Source: Eubacteriales bacterium (GTDB lineage Bacteria > Bacillota > Clostridia > Oscillospirales > CAG-272). From it: a DNA stretch of 64,000 bases. Numbering within the stretch: position 1 is the stretch's first letter; each line of letters begins with the position of its first letter. Made by a program: the position numbers and the translations under genes. Of this stretch, positions 1 through 9,192 are shown piece after piece. Where the stretch lies: positions 24,358-88,357 of the forward strand of contig JAZQRU010000042.1 of assembly GCA_045629745.1 (NCBI GenBank). The letters run 5' to 3'. The notes beneath the pieces are model-generated. The model was not told where the DNA came from and did not search any database. It saw nothing but the letters and a program-made list of their open reading frames with translations.

Positions 1-2
1 AC

Positions 3-590
3 GGAACTGATTTCAGAGTAGGCCTTATTCCTGACGCTATATTTATGGCGGGCGGCGAAGAAACCCTCGGAAGAGGCGTTTATTACAACCCCAACATTCC
101 TTCCGAGGAGGCTTTTACCTCTCCTATGAAGGGTGATGCCGATGGCATCGTTTATTCCTCTATGCCTCTTTCATACGGTGGTCAGCTTATCGAAAACTTC
201 TTTATGAAGTTTAAGGGCGGTAAAATAGTTGAGGTTGGTGCAGAAAAGGGCGAGGAGCTTCTTCGCGAAATGATAGCTATGGACGAGGGCGCGTCTTATC
301 TTGGCGAGATTGCCCTAGTTCCCTACTCTTCTCCGATACGCGAAAGCGGAATACTATTCTACAATACTCTTTTTGACGAGAACGCGGCTTGCCACCTTGC
401 AATAGGACGCGGCTTCACCAACGTTCTTCGCGATTATGAAAAGTATACCGAAGAGGAGGCTCACGCAAAGGGCATCAACGACTCAATTACTCACGTTGAC
501 TTTATGATAGGAACGAAGGACCTCTCCATCACCGCAAAAACGTTTGACGGCAAGGAAGTTAAAATTTTTGAAAACGGTGAGTGGGCGTAA
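3..590 (+). CDS. M29-family aminopeptidase (AmpS/PepS-like), C-terminal part; 5' end outside window
   Basis: Frame open from window edge to stop at 588-590; translation ...YLGEIALVPYSSPIRESGILFYNTLFDENAACHLAIGRGF... resembles the conserved C-terminal half of M29 aminopeptidases. Confidence 0.75.
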   Translation, partial: GTDFRVGLIPDAIFMAGGEETLGRGVYYNPNIPSEEAFTSPMKGDADGIVYSSMPLSYGGQLIENFFMKFKGGKIVEVGAEKGEELLREMIAMDEGASYLGEIALVPYSSPIRESGILFYNTLFDENAACHLAIGRGFTNVLRDYEKYTEEEAHAKGINDSITHVDFMIGTKDLSITAKTFDGKEVKIFENGEWA

Positions 591-623
591 GTGCTTATCC
601 GCTAAATCAACGATAAAATTTTA

Positions 624-655
624 GAGCGAGCTTCCCTAAAAAGCTCGCTTTTTAA
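624..655. terminator. Bidirectional rho-independent terminator between convergent genes
   Basis: Stem GAGCGAGCTT / AAGCTCGCTT around loop ccctaaa, followed by TTTTAAT; A-rich run on the other side. Confidence 0.55.
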
Positions 656-668
656 TATACTGAAATAA

Positions 669-1241
669 TTATGTAAATTTTCCAAAAGTTTGATACGGGG
701 CATCGATTAATCGCGTGCGCTCGGAAATATAAAATTCAAGCTCTTTTGGAATTTCTTGTGCAAATTCCGACAAGACCGAAAGGGGCGAAGAGCATCTTTC
801 TTCAAAGATAAGATAATACTCTCCCGCATCTCCCGAGAAAACGCGTATTTTCTCCGGAAGCAAGTTTTTAGTTATACGTAAAGCCGCATTTATCGAGGAG
901 AAATCCTCAAACTTATATATTTTCACCTTAGACGAGAGCATTGCAACTCTCGGTGATGCGGCAAGTGAACGCTCCGCGCTTTTTGAAAGAAGCCCGAGCT
1001 TCGTTATAAATATTTCTCCGCCCGACCTTGCAGGATAGAACTGAATCAGTATTTTTTCACCCTTGCAGCAAAACCCGCACTTTTCGCCAGCTATATCAAG
1101 AATATTCCAGAACGAAGCTCTCACCTCGGGGTCACTGTAATCAACTTCCGCCTTATCAAGCCCGAATTTTTCAAGCTCCGCTTTATCAAGCATTATTTTC
1201 AGTTTGTTCTCACTTATCACCAAAAATTCCAACCGCAACAC
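669..1241 (-). CDS. mecA: MecA-like adaptor protein (ClpC adaptor family)
   Basis: Two-domain pattern like MecA (N-terminal ...KLKIML...FGL...FWNILD...; C-terminal ...YKFEDF...YYLIFEE...). Codon at 1241 is GTG. A TTG at 1232 sits 8 nt after an AGAGG Shine-Dalgarno (SD) sequence and may be the true start. Confidence 0.55.
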   Translation of the reverse strand: MLRLEFLVISENKLKIMLDKAELEKFGLDKAEVDYSDPEVRASFWNILDIAGEKCGFCCKGEKILIQFYPARSGGEIFITKLGLLSKSAERSLAASPRVAMLSSKVKIYKFEDFSSINAALRITKNLLPEKIRVFSGDAGEYYLIFEERCSSPLSVLSEFAQEIPKELEFYISERTRLIDAPYQTFGKFT

Positions 1242-1410
1242 CTCTTTCCACTTATATTGTACTGAAAAGGCGATTTTTTTGCTATAAAATATTTTTTCAA
1301 AAAATGTTCTTTCATGGTAAAAAACAAAGAAAAACGGAGATTTTTAGCTGAGGTATTTGAATTTTACAAAATTGGGTGTTGCATTTTAAGAAAGCTTGTG
1401 CTAGAATTAT

Positions 1411-1456
1411 CCTCGGTGAGTTCGAAACCTTCCTCACCTAAAACAAAACTAAAGGA
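1411..1456 (+). promoter_or_regulatory. Candidate preQ1-I riboswitch (translational, SD-sequestering)
   Basis: GGTGAG(1415-1420)-UUCGAAACCUUC loop-CTCACC(1433-1438), then A-rich tail TAAAACAAAACTAAAGG. Same layout as the B. subtilis and T. tengcongensis preQ1-I aptamers. Loop CCUU can pair with the AAGG of the queT SD. Confidence 0.55.
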
Positions 1457-1465
1457 AAAAGAAAA

Positions 1466-1954
1466 ATGAAAAGAAACTCAACGCTTTACCTAACACGCGG
1501 CGCAATGATAGCCGCACTCTACGTCGCGCTGACGTATCTTGCGAGCCTCTTCGGGATTGACAAGGGCGCGATACAATTCCGCATTTCCGAAATGCTCTGT
1601 ATTCTTCCTGCGTTTTTCCCCGAAGCCGTTTTGGGACTGACTATCGGTTGTATTCTCGCAAATCTTTTAACGGGTTGCTTAGCACTCGATATCGTTTTCG
1701 GCTCGCTTGCAACGCTTATCGGCGCTCTTGGCGCAAGGCTTCTCAAAAAATTGCCCTTAAAGCTTGCGTGGCTTATCCCCTTGCCCACTATCCTTGCAAA
1801 TGCTATTATAGTTCCATTCGTTATCAAATACGTTTATATGACTGAAGGACTTTACTGGTTCTTTTTCTCAACCGTTGCACTCGGCGAGCTTGTTTGTGCA
1901 GGAATACTGGGATCTGTACTATATTATTCTTTTAAAAAATCCAAATTGTTATAA
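1466..1954 (+). CDS. queT: Queuosine-precursor transporter QueT (ECF S-component-like)
   Basis: 162-aa polytopic membrane protein; ...AIQFRISEMLCILPAFF...DIVFGSLATLIGA... is typical of the QueT/COG4708 family; preceded by the preQ1-type leader. Confidence 0.75.
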   Translation: MKRNSTLYLTRGAMIAALYVALTYLASLFGIDKGAIQFRISEMLCILPAFFPEAVLGLTIGCILANLLTGCLALDIVFGSLATLIGALGARLLKKLPLKLAWLIPLPTILANAIIVPFVIKYVYMTEGLYWFFFSTVALGELVCAGILGSVLYYSFKKSKLL

Positions 1955-1956
1955 AA

Positions 1957-1997
1957 AATACTCCGTACCGAAAAAGTGCGGAGTATTTTTTGTTTTT
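1957..1997 (+). terminator. Rho-independent terminator of queT
   Basis: ATACTCCG...CGGAGTAT stem followed by TTTTTTGTTTTT. Confidence 0.75.
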
Positions 1998-2378
1998 CGC
2001 TGTAATGCGATTTATAAATATTAGTCTGCGAGCCGCTTATCGAGTTTTGCTTTTACGAAACCGTCGTCGGAAAGCGCAATGAACTGAACTCCTCTTTGGG
2101 AACTGCGAAAAAGCATACGTCACCGCAAAGTTCCGCCATAACACAAACCGTAACGTAGCTTTTTTGCCGTTCATTCTACCCCCTGACACACGGCAAGGCA
2201 AGTCCGCTACCGTATAAGCAAAGTTTTTCAAGTGTTTTTTCGACAAGAGCCGCCGTTTTATATTCTTTATAGCCGATTCGGGATTTTTGAGAATTTTCTC
2301 GGTGGTTTCGATTATTTTATCCTGCGCTGAGTCTTTTGCTTCGCCGACCGTTTTTTAAAGCTAGTTTTTATTCATCGC

Positions 2379-2996
2379 TTATTCCTTTAGGTATTTTATA
2401 AGCATTTCCGAAACGAAACTCGACATTTTTCTTATCTCTGTTGTGTCCGAAAGCTTTGTTTTCAAGACGCCCGAGAGAGTATAGATATTTGAAAAGCACG
2501 AAATTTGAAAGTTCAAAAGATAGATTACTATTTGCTCCTCGTCAACGTTCTTTGAAAAAATGCCCATTTCTTTTCCGAGCCTTAATTGCTCTTTTATATA
2601 ACTTATAGTTGGATTTTTGATTTGAGAGACGGCATTTGACTCAAAATACCTCGCGCTATTCAAATTTTCCCACATAAGTATTCTTACGAATGATGGGTTC
2701 GACTCGAAGAAGCGGAAGCTTACGTCAACTATATTCTTAATTGCCTCGTCGGGCGGAAGATTTTTTATATAATTTTCGTTTTCATACTCCGCAAAACGCA
2801 AATAAACTCTTTCAAGTATGGTTCTGTAAAGATTTTCCTTGCTTTCGTAGTGCTCATATATCATTCTTTTGTTGACACCCGCACTTTCCGCTATCGTATC
2901 TATCCTTGCACCCCATATTCCCTTTTCGGAAAATTCGCTCTCCGCTGCGGCAAGTATTTTGTTTTTAGTTAATTCGCTTTTTTTAATTCGTGTCAC
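2379..2996 (-). CDS. TetR/AcrR-family transcriptional regulator
   Basis: N-terminal HTH ...ILAAAESEFSEKGIWGARIDTIAESAGVNKRMIYEHYESKENLY... is the canonical TetR_N signature. Confidence 0.85.
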   Translation of the reverse strand: MTRIKKSELTKNKILAAAESEFSEKGIWGARIDTIAESAGVNKRMIYEHYESKENLYRTILERVYLRFAEYENENYIKNLPPDEAIKNIVDVSFRFFESNPSFVRILMWENLNSARYFESNAVSQIKNPTISYIKEQLRLGKEMGIFSKNVDEEQIVIYLLNFQISCFSNIYTLSGVLKTKLSDTTEIRKMSSFVSEMLIKYLKE

Positions 2997-3016
2997 AGCT
3001 CGCTCCTTTTCAAAAG

Positions 3017-3030
3017 TAACTATATAGTTA
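3017..3030. promoter_or_regulatory. Perfect 14-bp palindrome, candidate TetR operator
   Basis: TAACTATATAGTTA lies 21 bp upstream of the TetR start codon. Confidence 0.35.
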
Positions 3031-3211
3031 TATTATCACATTCATATTTGTTTGTCAAGAGTCAAAGCGAAAACGTTTTCTTTCAGAAAAATATATTTTT
3101 CTTGCAAATTTGCTGACATTAGGATTTAAATTTTGTATAATACAAAGCCAATAAAGATTATAATTTCTCTAAAAAATCCCCTGTGCCATATGGCAAAACG
3201 AAGAACTTAAA

Positions 3212-3391
3212 ATGATAAAAGCAGCTATAGTCGAAACGGGTATTATCGGACTTTCCCACTTCAGTGCAATTAAGCAAATTGCGGCTGAGAGCTTGTTTGT
3301 CTTTGCGACGTTAATCAAGAGGAAGCCTCTTGCTGAGGAAAATAACGTTCCTTGCGTTCTTAATTATAAGAAAATCCCGAGCAAATTTTAG
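3212..3391 (+). pseudogene. Possible truncated Gfo/Idh/MocA-type oxidoreductase N-terminal fragment
   Basis: 59-codon ORF MIKAAIVETGIIGLSHFSAIKQI... resembles the Rossmann N-terminus of Gfo/Idh/MocA enzymes but stops after about 60 aa, with no continuation in any frame. Confidence 0.3.
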
Positions 3392-3579
3392 TGTTACGCG
3401 GTAATTCTCAAACTCCCCCGCTTCCCTCAGTATGAAAGCTCGTTTTTCTTCCTTGATAACGAGAGTAAAATCAAAAACTTTCCGATATATTCAATAAATT
3501 TACAAATGCTTCTTTATTTGGTATTGAATTTTTTATTCCTTTATGTTAAAATGTTTTTATTACTGATAAGGACTGACTA

Positions 3580-4152
3580 ATGAAAAGCATTTATTTTTTC
3601 TCAACGAAGCTCAAGATATATATTACTGAGTTACCCCTCGTTGTTTTACTTGTCTTCGCGATAATTTACAATAAGCATTCCAATGGGCTTTTAAAGTTTT
3701 ATCCCTTACAGGTGCTTTTAATTCTAGGTATAATATTTATTTTTATCTATTTTTTGAGATTTGTGCGCTTGAATACAGACGAGGTGCGTTGCATCGGGCT
3801 GTTTTCTTCTAAGGACCGCGTAGCACTTAAAAAAGACAGACGCTTGGTTTTGAGCCTAAAAAAAGGAAGAAGACTTCTAGTCGAGGTTTTTGGAATAGGG
3901 GAAGCGCCCCTTCTTGACTGGGTTAACCCCGAGGAATACAGCGATTCCGAAATAAACATTTTCAGAGCTAAGGCCGTTGGCGGTGCGAGAAGTGCAAAAA
4001 AAATGCTTAAATATTTTGATATACCCCAAAATGACTTCGAGGAAATACTCAAAAACGAAAGCTTTGAGAAGGAATACGAGGCTATAAGCCTTTCCGTCAC
4101 GAATACCGAAGACTCTAAGAAAATAAGCTTAAGATTTACAAAAACAATATAA
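3580..4152 (+). CDS. Hypothetical membrane protein (two N-terminal TM helices plus soluble C-terminal domain)
   Basis: 190-aa ORF with hydrophobic N-terminus (LPLVVLLVFAIIY..., VLLILGIIFIFIYFL); hairpin plus T-run downstream; no family recognised. Confidence 0.55.
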   Translation: MKSIYFFSTKLKIYITELPLVVLLVFAIIYNKHSNGLLKFYPLQVLLILGIIFIFIYFLRFVRLNTDEVRCIGLFSSKDRVALKKDRRLVLSLKKGRRLLVEVFGIGEAPLLDWVNPEEYSDSEINIFRAKAVGGARSAKKMLKYFDIPQNDFEEILKNESFEKEYEAISLSVTNTEDSKKISLRFTKTI

Positions 4153-4380
4153 ACGAAAGAGGCTGTCGCATAAAGACACAACCGAAAACAAAAAAGCGAA
4201 GTGGGAATTTTTCTGCACCTCGCTTTTTAGCTTGAGTACTTTGACAAAGGGTTAAGGTTGAAAACCTTTGGTTTTGATGCGGTTGGCGAACCTACATCTA
4301 TTATACCGAAGGAGGATGTCTTTTTCTACGCATAGCTAAAGCTTTTTACTGCCACCAGTAGTGCTGGCGGTTGATGTTAT

Positions 4381-4415
4381 ACAAAACAAGACCGAGAGAC
4401 AATTCTCTCGGTCCT
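4381..4415 (-). terminator. Rho-independent terminator of the acyltransferase gene (hairpin usable on both strands)
   Basis: GACCGAGAGA-caat-TCTCTCGGTC (4390-4413) immediately after the stop codon, with a T-rich run on the minus strand. Confidence 0.7.
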
Positions 4416-4419
4416 ATTT

Positions 4420-5745
4420 TTATTCGTCACATTTTTTGTCACATTGTTCCCGAACCTTACATTCCTTTGATTTTAAATGTAATTCGGCACTTGTTTTTTT
4501 GAAAAGCTCCTCTGTTGCAAGACGGGCTTTAGTAACTATTTCATTCTTGCATTTAGGGAAGCAATAAAAAAGCGCCTTTGAGTTTCCTATCGAAATAACG
4601 TCGCCGATTTCGTACCAGTTGAAGTCGGAATTCAAGGTATATGAGGCGAGAGGCTTTTGCTCGTAATCAAGCGCGCCGTCGCATCCCGTGAGCTTAAAGC
4701 CCTCACCCGTGTGAAGAAGATTGCCCTCTCCGACGTGGTAAAGATGCTTTGTGTCAACAGTCATACAGATGTCTACGGGTACGTTAATTTTATAAGTTCC
4801 CTCTTCTACTTCACGCTTGACGCACTCTCTTTGCCAATTGTACCACGTGGGTATATGGTCGAATTTTGTTTCAGCTGTGGTTGATTTTAAATAGCCGTAT
4901 TCGTCAAGGATATACGCATTTCCGCACGACTCGCATTTGATTTCGATGCCCTTGCCCTTCATTTCACCCTCGGAAAGACAGTCAGGACATTTATAAAGCA
5001 AGCGATTTAAGTAATCTGCCCTAAACGGCTCGTCTACCTTGATTTTATTTTCCTTTTGCCAAGCAAAGCTATCAAAGGAAAATTCAGCATTTATTTTCTC
5101 GTTTATCTCGTCACAGCTAAGCGCTTCAACGTCCTCGCGAGTGAGAAGAAACTCCTCTTTTGCCGACACCTTTACTTTGCGGCGCTGAAGATTATTATAA
5201 AGAGGATCGCGGTGATACGCGCCAAAGGTTTTAATCATAACTACGGGAACTTTTAAAAGCTTTATGCACTTTCCCAGGCTCTGCGGCAAAACGGTTGCGG
5301 TTCCGTCAAACGAATATCCCGCTTCGGGAAAAAGGACTACGGAGCTTTTCTTTTCCCGAAGCGCGTATTCCATATCGTGTATGAGAGTCAGGTCGTTTAC
5401 AAACTTTTTCGTAGGAATGCAGCCTATACTTCTCATAAGCCAGTTTTTGCCTATGAAGCCGTCTGTTGTAGTTACAATATTAAAGGGGCGCGGATAAAGC
5501 ATAGTTGCCACTATTTCAAGGTCGATAAAGCTTGAGTGATTTACAAGATAGAGGCAGTGCTCTCGCTTCCCGAGCTTCTCCATACCGACTCTTTCAAAGC
5601 TAAAAGAAGTTTTCTTAAGGTCCGGGATAGAAACAAGACGCATAAGGGTGCGAAAAAACATATTTGGGCGCTGGGGCTTTTTATGCTTTTGCTTCGGAAG
5701 TGCCATTACTTCCTCGTAAGACTTTTCTGTGATTTTAATCTTCAT
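4420..5745 (-). CDS. PlsC-type lysophospholipid acyltransferase with C-terminal Cys4 zinc-ribbon-containing domain
   Basis: HX4D motif (VNHSSFIDL) and FPEAG block. C-terminal half has CPDC...CESC. Start moved to ATG 5745 (MKIKITEK...), which follows a GAGG SD; the ORF-track start at 5781 lacks one. Confidence 0.7.
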   Translation of the reverse strand: MKIKITEKSYEEVMALPKQKHKKPQRPNMFFRTLMRLVSIPDLKKTSFSFERVGMEKLGKREHCLYLVNHSSFIDLEIVATMLYPRPFNIVTTTDGFIGKNWLMRSIGCIPTKKFVNDLTLIHDMEYALREKKSSVVLFPEAGYSFDGTATVLPQSLGKCIKLLKVPVVMIKTFGAYHRDPLYNNLQRRKVKVSAKEEFLLTREDVEALSCDEINEKINAEFSFDSFAWQKENKIKVDEPFRADYLNRLLYKCPDCLSEGEMKGKGIEIKCESCGNAYILDEYGYLKSTTAETKFDHIPTWYNWQRECVKREVEEGTYKINVPVDICMTVDTKHLYHVGEGNLLHTGEGFKLTGCDGALDYEQKPLASYTLNSDFNWYEIGDVISIGNSKALFYCFPKCKNEIVTKARLATEELFKKTSAELHLKSKECKVREQCDKKCDE

Positions 5746-5840
5746 AAAAACCTCGCTTGGATTTTTCTTGACGCTGTTCAATTATTTTAACATATTTAAG
5801 ATAAAATTTCAATAGATAATTAACATTTGAATGTATTTTG

Positions 5841-5883
5841 TCAAAAAATCGACCTTGAAGTTAAATGCTTCAAGGTCGATTTT
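5841..5883 (-). terminator. Rho-independent terminator
   Basis: 13-bp stem ATCGACCTTGAAG / CTTCAAGGTCGAT directly after the stop codon, flanked by A and T runs. Confidence 0.75.
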
Positions 5884-6420
5884 TTATTCTTCGTCGTCAA
5901 GACGCATTTCCTTTGCGATTTTTGAATAAGAAAGAAGCATATCCTTATATTCCTCTGAAACCTCAACTACGATTTCCGCATTTTCATATCTTGATTTGAG
6001 AAAAATGCGGCACGAGGTAGGTGGATTCAAGGTTGGACCGTAGTTGTATTTTAACACGCCTCCCGCCGTTTTATGCTTTTTTCTCTCTTCACGGCTCTCA
6101 AGCTTAACGTCATTTATATTGGCAATTTCAATTCTCGCAAGGGTTACTTCCCTTTTGCCCGTGCGCTGACGGACCACGAAAAGCGGCGTACCGTCACTGC
6201 TTATCATAATATCATAGAAAAACACGGGAGCTAAATATTTCGTATAGAAAAGAATTGCGCTTGTTAAAAAGCAGATTGCGACAAGGCCGATAACTCCCTT
6301 ATACTTTTCCGCGAAAAAATATCCCGCGGTACATAAAAGAAAGAGAAGCATAGTAATAAGGAACGCAATTTTCGCATAATTATTCTGCGGCTTAGGGCGC
6401 ACAGTGCTTTCATTTATCAC
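5884..6420 (-). CDS. Hypothetical membrane protein (2 TM plus cytoplasmic domain)
   Basis: 178-aa ORF; GTG start overlaps the upstream stop (GTGA); no family recognised. Confidence 0.55.
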   Translation of the reverse strand: MINESTVRPKPQNNYAKIAFLITMLLFLLCTAGYFFAEKYKGVIGLVAICFLTSAILFYTKYLAPVFFYDIMISSDGTPLFVVRQRTGKREVTLARIEIANINDVKLESREERKKHKTAGGVLKYNYGPTLNPPTSCRIFLKSRYENAEIVVEVSEEYKDMLLSYSKIAKEMRLDDEE

Positions 6421-7118
6421 TTCGGTTTGTCCTCCGGTTTAAGCTTATAAGTTTCAAAAGCAGAATATGAGTTATTATTTTCGTAAACATATATTGACGT
6501 AAATTTCTTTTCTGCGCCCTTTACAAATACGTCAAGACGTATCCAACCCGGCTCGTTCAAGCCGCCAAGCTCAACACCGTCGCAAACGAGCTTGTAGTAG
6601 TGATACATAAGCTTGTTTTCGTATATAGCCGCCTCAACGCTTGCATCAAGGTATATTTCAGATTCCGATTCATCGTCATAGCACGCGAGCTTATACGAGA
6701 AAAGCTCAGGGTCGGAGGCATCGAGCCCTGAAAGCGACAGCTCTTTTTCTATATACTCTATCGCAGAATCGTTATATCTTATCGAAAGCTGGAGCTGCTT
6801 TGCGTCCGCGATTACGTAAAGATTATCACAGATAAAGGTTGCCACGTCGGGATTATCGTATTTTGCTCTGAGCGCTTGAGTTTTAACCTCGATATTTCCA
6901 CCGTTTTTATCGTAATGCTCCGTCAAGCTTTCATTGAAATATAAGTTTTCAATGCTATTCGGATAATAATTAAAAAATGAAATGCGGAATACAAGAACTC
7001 CTATTACCGCAATACAAACGAGAGCTATGAGAATTTTTATCGTGAGGAGCACGGGATTTTTACTTTTCGGCAAATCCTCTTCGTACTCATTATAATCGCC
7101 GTATCTTTCCATATCCAT
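6417..7118 (-). CDS. Hypothetical single-pass membrane-anchored protein
   Basis: 233-aa ORF with acidic N-terminus, one TM helix (LLTIKILIALVCIAVIGVLVF) and an extracytoplasmic domain; coupled to the downstream ORF by a 4-nt overlap. Confidence 0.55.
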   Translation of the reverse strand: MDMERYGDYNEYEEDLPKSKNPVLLTIKILIALVCIAVIGVLVFRISFFNYYPNSIENLYFNESLTEHYDKNGGNIEVKTQALRAKYDNPDVATFICDNLYVIADAKQLQLSIRYNDSAIEYIEKELSLSGLDASDPELFSYKLACYDDESESEIYLDASVEAAIYENKLMYHYYKLVCDGVELGGLNEPGWIRLDVFVKGAEKKFTSIYVYENNNSYSAFETYKLKPEDKPK

Positions 7119-7152
7119 ACGCGAAAACCGCCTTTTTTATTATACTTTAATA

Positions 7153-7181
7153 ATTATAGTATAATTTTGCTGCGTTGTCAA
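7153..7181 (-). promoter_or_regulatory. SigA-type promoter for the 7118-5884 operon
   Basis: Minus strand TTGACA (7181-7176), 17 nt, TATAAT (7158-7153). Confidence 0.5.
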
Positions 7182-7389
7182 GAAAAGCATCTATAAGTTT
7201 ACGAAAGGTTTAAAAAAATTCAGTTGCACGAGTTGTATGGCACGGTAATTTTCAGCGAATAAATTTTGAATAGATTTTTTTGTTATTTTCACGACAGGCG
7301 TATAAAATACGTCGGAGTGAAAGCGATGCACACCTCATCCACCGCTAAAGCGGTCCCCCTTTTCTCTTTGAGACTCAGTTACACTATGG

Positions 7390-7416
7390 AAAAAACAACG
7401 CACTGTGTTGTTTTTT
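7390..7416. terminator. Second, symmetric terminator hairpin downstream of gap
   Basis: AAAAAACAACGC-act-GTGTTGTTTTTT: 12-bp stem with a triloop; the flanking A and T runs are part of the stem. Confidence 0.5.
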
Positions 7417-7452
7417 AACACCCTCGTACTGCTTCGTTACCCGCAGGGGAAG

Positions 7453-7488
7453 GCTAAAAAAGAAACCGCGGAAAATTCCGCGGTTTCG
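7453..7488 (-). terminator. Rho-independent terminator of gap
   Basis: Minus strand AAACCGCGG-aatttt-CCGCGGTTT followed by CTTTTTT. Confidence 0.75.
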
Positions 7489-7513
7489 GTTATACCAAAA
7501 TATATAGCTAAAA

Positions 7514-8533
7514 TTATGCAAGCTCTGCGAAGTACTTGATAGTTCTTACCATCTGAGAGGTGTAAGAATTCTCGTTGTCGTACCAAGAAACTACCTGTAC
7601 CTGATAGGTGTCGTCATCAATCTTTGCAACCATAGTCTGAGTTGCATCGAAGAGAGAACCGTAGGAGATACCGATGACGTCGGATGATACAATCTGATCT
7701 TCATTGTAGCCGAAAGATGCAGAAGCCTGAGCCTTCATTGCAGCATTGATGCCTTCAACGGTAACGTCCTTGCCCTTAACTACTGCAACAAGGATAGTGG
7801 TAGAACCTGTGCATGTGGGAACTCTCTGAGCAGAGCCAATAAGCTTGCCGTTCAGCTCGGGAATAACAAGGCCGATAGCCTTTGCAGCACCGGTAGAGTT
7901 GGGAACTATGTTCTGTGCACCTGCTCTTGCACGTCTGAGGTCACCCTTTCTGTGAGGACCGTCAAGAATCATCTGGTCGCCGGTGTATGCGTGAACAGTA
8001 GTCATAATACCGGACTGGATGGGAGCATAGTCATTAAGAGCCTTTGCCATAGGAGCTAAGCAGTTGGTGGTGCAGGAAGCTGCGGAAATGATTTTGTCAT
8101 CAGCAGTAAGAGTCTTTTCGTTAACAGAGTAAACGATAGTCTTAAGGTCCTTGCCTGCGGGAGCAGAGATAACAACCTTCTTTGCGCCTGCATTGATGTG
8201 AGCCATAGACTTTTCAGTGGAGCAGTAGAAACCGGTGCACTCAAGAACTACGTCAACGCCAAGCTCACCCCAAGGGCAGTTTGCAGCGTCTTTTTCTGCG
8301 TAAATCTTAAGAACCTTACCGTCAACGGTAATGGTGTTTGCTTCGTCATCCGACTCAACGGTGTGACCGTCGTAACGACCCTGAGCTGTGTCGTACTTAA
8401 GAAGATGAGCGAGCATGGAAGGCTTGGTGAGGTCGTTGATAGCTACGATCTCGTAACCCTCTGCGCCGAACATCTGTCTGAATGCAAGACGTCCGATACG
8501 GCCAAAGCCGTTAATAGCAACTTTAACTGACAT
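7514..8533 (-). CDS. gap: Type I glyceraldehyde-3-phosphate dehydrogenase
   Basis: [19 protein letters not shown]..., catalytic ...[12 protein letters not shown]..., ...WYDNE...; GGAGGAA SD 7 nt upstream of ATG 8533. The ORF-track extension to 8944 is an artefact. Confidence 0.95.
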   Translation of the reverse strand: MSVKVAINGFGRIGRLAFRQMFGAEGYEIVAINDLTKPSMLAHLLKYDTAQGRYDGHTVESDDEANTITVDGKVLKIYAEKDAANCPWGELGVDVVLECTGFYCSTEKSMAHINAGAKKVVISAPAGKDLKTIVYSVNEKTLTADDKIISAASCTTNCLAPMAKALNDYAPIQSGIMTTVHAYTGDQMILDGPHRKGDLRRARAGAQNIVPNSTGAAKAIGLVIPELNGKLIGSAQRVPTCTGSTTILVAVVKGKDVTVEGINAAMKAQASASFGYNEDQIVSSDVIGISYGSLFDATQTMVAKIDDDTYQVQVVSWYDNENSYTSQMVRTIKYFAELA

Positions 8534-8609
8534 TTTGAAATTCCTCCAAATATATAATTTATTATTTTTTTCCTTTGCTTTGACGGCAATGCCATTCACC
8601 GCCATAATA

Positions 8610-8638
8610 ATTATAGCACAACTTAAAAAAATATACAA
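8610..8638 (-). promoter_or_regulatory. Candidate gap promoter
   Basis: Minus strand TTGTAT, 17 nt, TGcTATAAT (extended -10). Confidence 0.35.
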
Positions 8639-8788
8639 TAGAATTGTTGAAAAAATATCAAATTTGTTACTTTTTTTCAAATACGCGTTTTTATAAAGCT
8701 CAAAATAGGGCAAAACAACAAAAAAATGCCGACTGTATCCCTGATTATGCTTTTGTGTGAAAAATAATATATAAGCAAAAATCCCCTC

Positions 8789-8817
8789 TTGACAAACCCG
8801 ACTTATTTTAGTACAAT
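8789..8817 (+). promoter_or_regulatory. SigA-type promoter of rnpB
   Basis: TTGACA (8789-8794), 17 nt, TACAAT (8812-8817). The predicted transcription start site (TSS) about 7 nt downstream coincides with the 5' strand of RNase P helix P1. Confidence 0.55.
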
Positions 8818-8823
8818 ATATAC

Positions 8824-9190
8824 TTGACCGAACGGGGCAATCGCGCGATATGGCGCCGAAAGGTATTATCGTGAGGAAAGTCCGGGCTTCGCAGGGCAGG
8901 ATAACGGATAACGTCCGCCGAGGGTAACCTCCGGGAAAGTGCAACAGAAATAAACCGCCGCTTTTGCGGTAAGGATGGAAAGGCGAGGTAAGAGCTCACC
9001 CGTGGCTATGGTAACATAGCTTCGCTGTAAACCCTATCCGAAGCAACACCTTGAATTTCGTTTTTACGAGGGGCTGCCCGCCCCTTTTCGTGGTGGCATA
9101 GCTTTTAGCTTGAACTGTGCGGTAACGTACAGTGAAGATAGATGATTGCCGCGCATTTTGCGTACAGAACCCGGCTTACAAGTTCGATCA
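8824..9190 (+). ncRNA. rnpB: RNase P RNA, bacterial type A
   Basis: Universal blocks GAGGAAAGTCCGGGCT, AGTGCAACAGAAA..AACCGCC, GGTAAGAGCTCACC and ACAGAACCCGGCTTA. 5' TGACCGAAC pairs with 3' GTTCGATCA (P1); about 367 nt. Confidence 0.9.
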
Positions 9191-9192
9191 TT

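Noticed and set aside
2037-2246. 69-aa minus-strand ORF downstream of the TetR gene
   Set aside because: The Arg/Lys-rich translation has no SD. The region looks like frame-broken remnants rather than an intact gene (see the TetR finding).
4316-4336. Mini-ORF MSFFYA directly after AAGGAGG
   Set aside because: The SD abuts the ATG with no spacer, there is no downstream gene on that strand, and the surrounding 4230-4380 region shows only weak hairpins. A chance occurrence is most likely.
7300-7389. Hairpin-containing spacer (ACCGCtaaaGCGGT and others) between the gap terminators and the next promoter, superficially similar in style to the 55-kb hairpin array
   Set aside because: It shares no repeated motif with the 55-kb array. 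Most of the structure is explained by two tandem terminators. The remainder is a single 5-bp hairpin.
7514-8999. ORF-track 476-aa ORF (7514-8944) and 63-aa ORF (8808-8999) extending upstream of gap and across rnpB
   Set aside because: GAPDH homology starts at [15 protein letters not shown] (ATG 8533, with a GGAGGAA SD). The extension is low-complexity read-through of promoter DNA and of the antisense strand of the RNase P RNA gene.
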